A stretch of 64,000 nt of DNA. It comes from Octopus vulgaris (Eukaryota). The stretch spans positions 98,022,001 through 98,086,000 of the forward strand of contig OX597817.1 of assembly GCA_951406725.2 (NCBI GenBank). The letters run 5' to 3'. This document shows, piece after piece, positions 63,848 through 64,000 of this stretch (positions are counted from its first letter, which is position 1; every line of letters begins with the position of its first letter). Below the pieces are notes generated by a model. The model was not told the DNA's origin and ran no database searches. It saw nothing but the letters and a program-made list of their open reading frames with translations. The position numbers and the translations under genes were made by a program.

Positions 63848-64000
63848 TAAAGGAATTGTGTTAAAATCTTCGTTCGACTCCATTCTTTTATTCATTTTAA
63901 ATAATACACAAATTACCACACAAGAACACGGGGTTTCTACCCTTGGCATGTAGCTTCAACCGTGTTTTCTGACGTGAATTTGCTACCCAGGTATCGATTA

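Larger units (their letters stand above)
62200..63890 (-). mobile_element. 5'-truncated Penelope-like element with inverted pLTRs (62200-62448 and 63630-63881) and GIY-YIG ORF 62784-63599
   Basis: ~250-bp near-identical inverted arms. ORF contains RIAFSNTRNL..IIASHN.K, NTIYQC..FYIGAT and CGICISE. Confidence 0.9.

Overview
AT-rich, repeat-dense animal genomic DNA. The SINE, RTE and (TA)n repertoire points to an octopus or other coleoid cephalopod, which is an inference. Five small minus-strand exons with compatible phases (57897-57939, 51045-51131, 44286-44401, 5751-5793, 3467-3551) splice into a coiled-coil protein with a central CxxC that resembles the CtIP/RBBP8 N-terminus. Almost everything else is intronic transposon material: a deleted piggyBac, a mariner relic, a full-length Ty3/Gypsy provirus (LTRs, PBS, TSD), a second decayed Gypsy pol, many RTE LINE copies with a PHD-like finger, a CR1-type/RTE-BovB-type chimeric LINE, Helitrons, tRNA-derived SINEs, MITEs and several Penelope-like elements (PLEs). 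The most notable signals are (i) several distinct families of minimal type I hammerhead-ribozyme motifs, including a tRNA-headed SINE that carries a hammerhead and occurs in PLE-style inverted arrangements, (ii) a triple in-frame gag-PR-RT-gag templated insertion in the Gypsy provirus, and (iii) a cross-clade LINE junction at the homologous NYRxISL motif. Most ORFs in the supplied track are microsatellite or antisense artefacts. All calls were made by eye without database searches.
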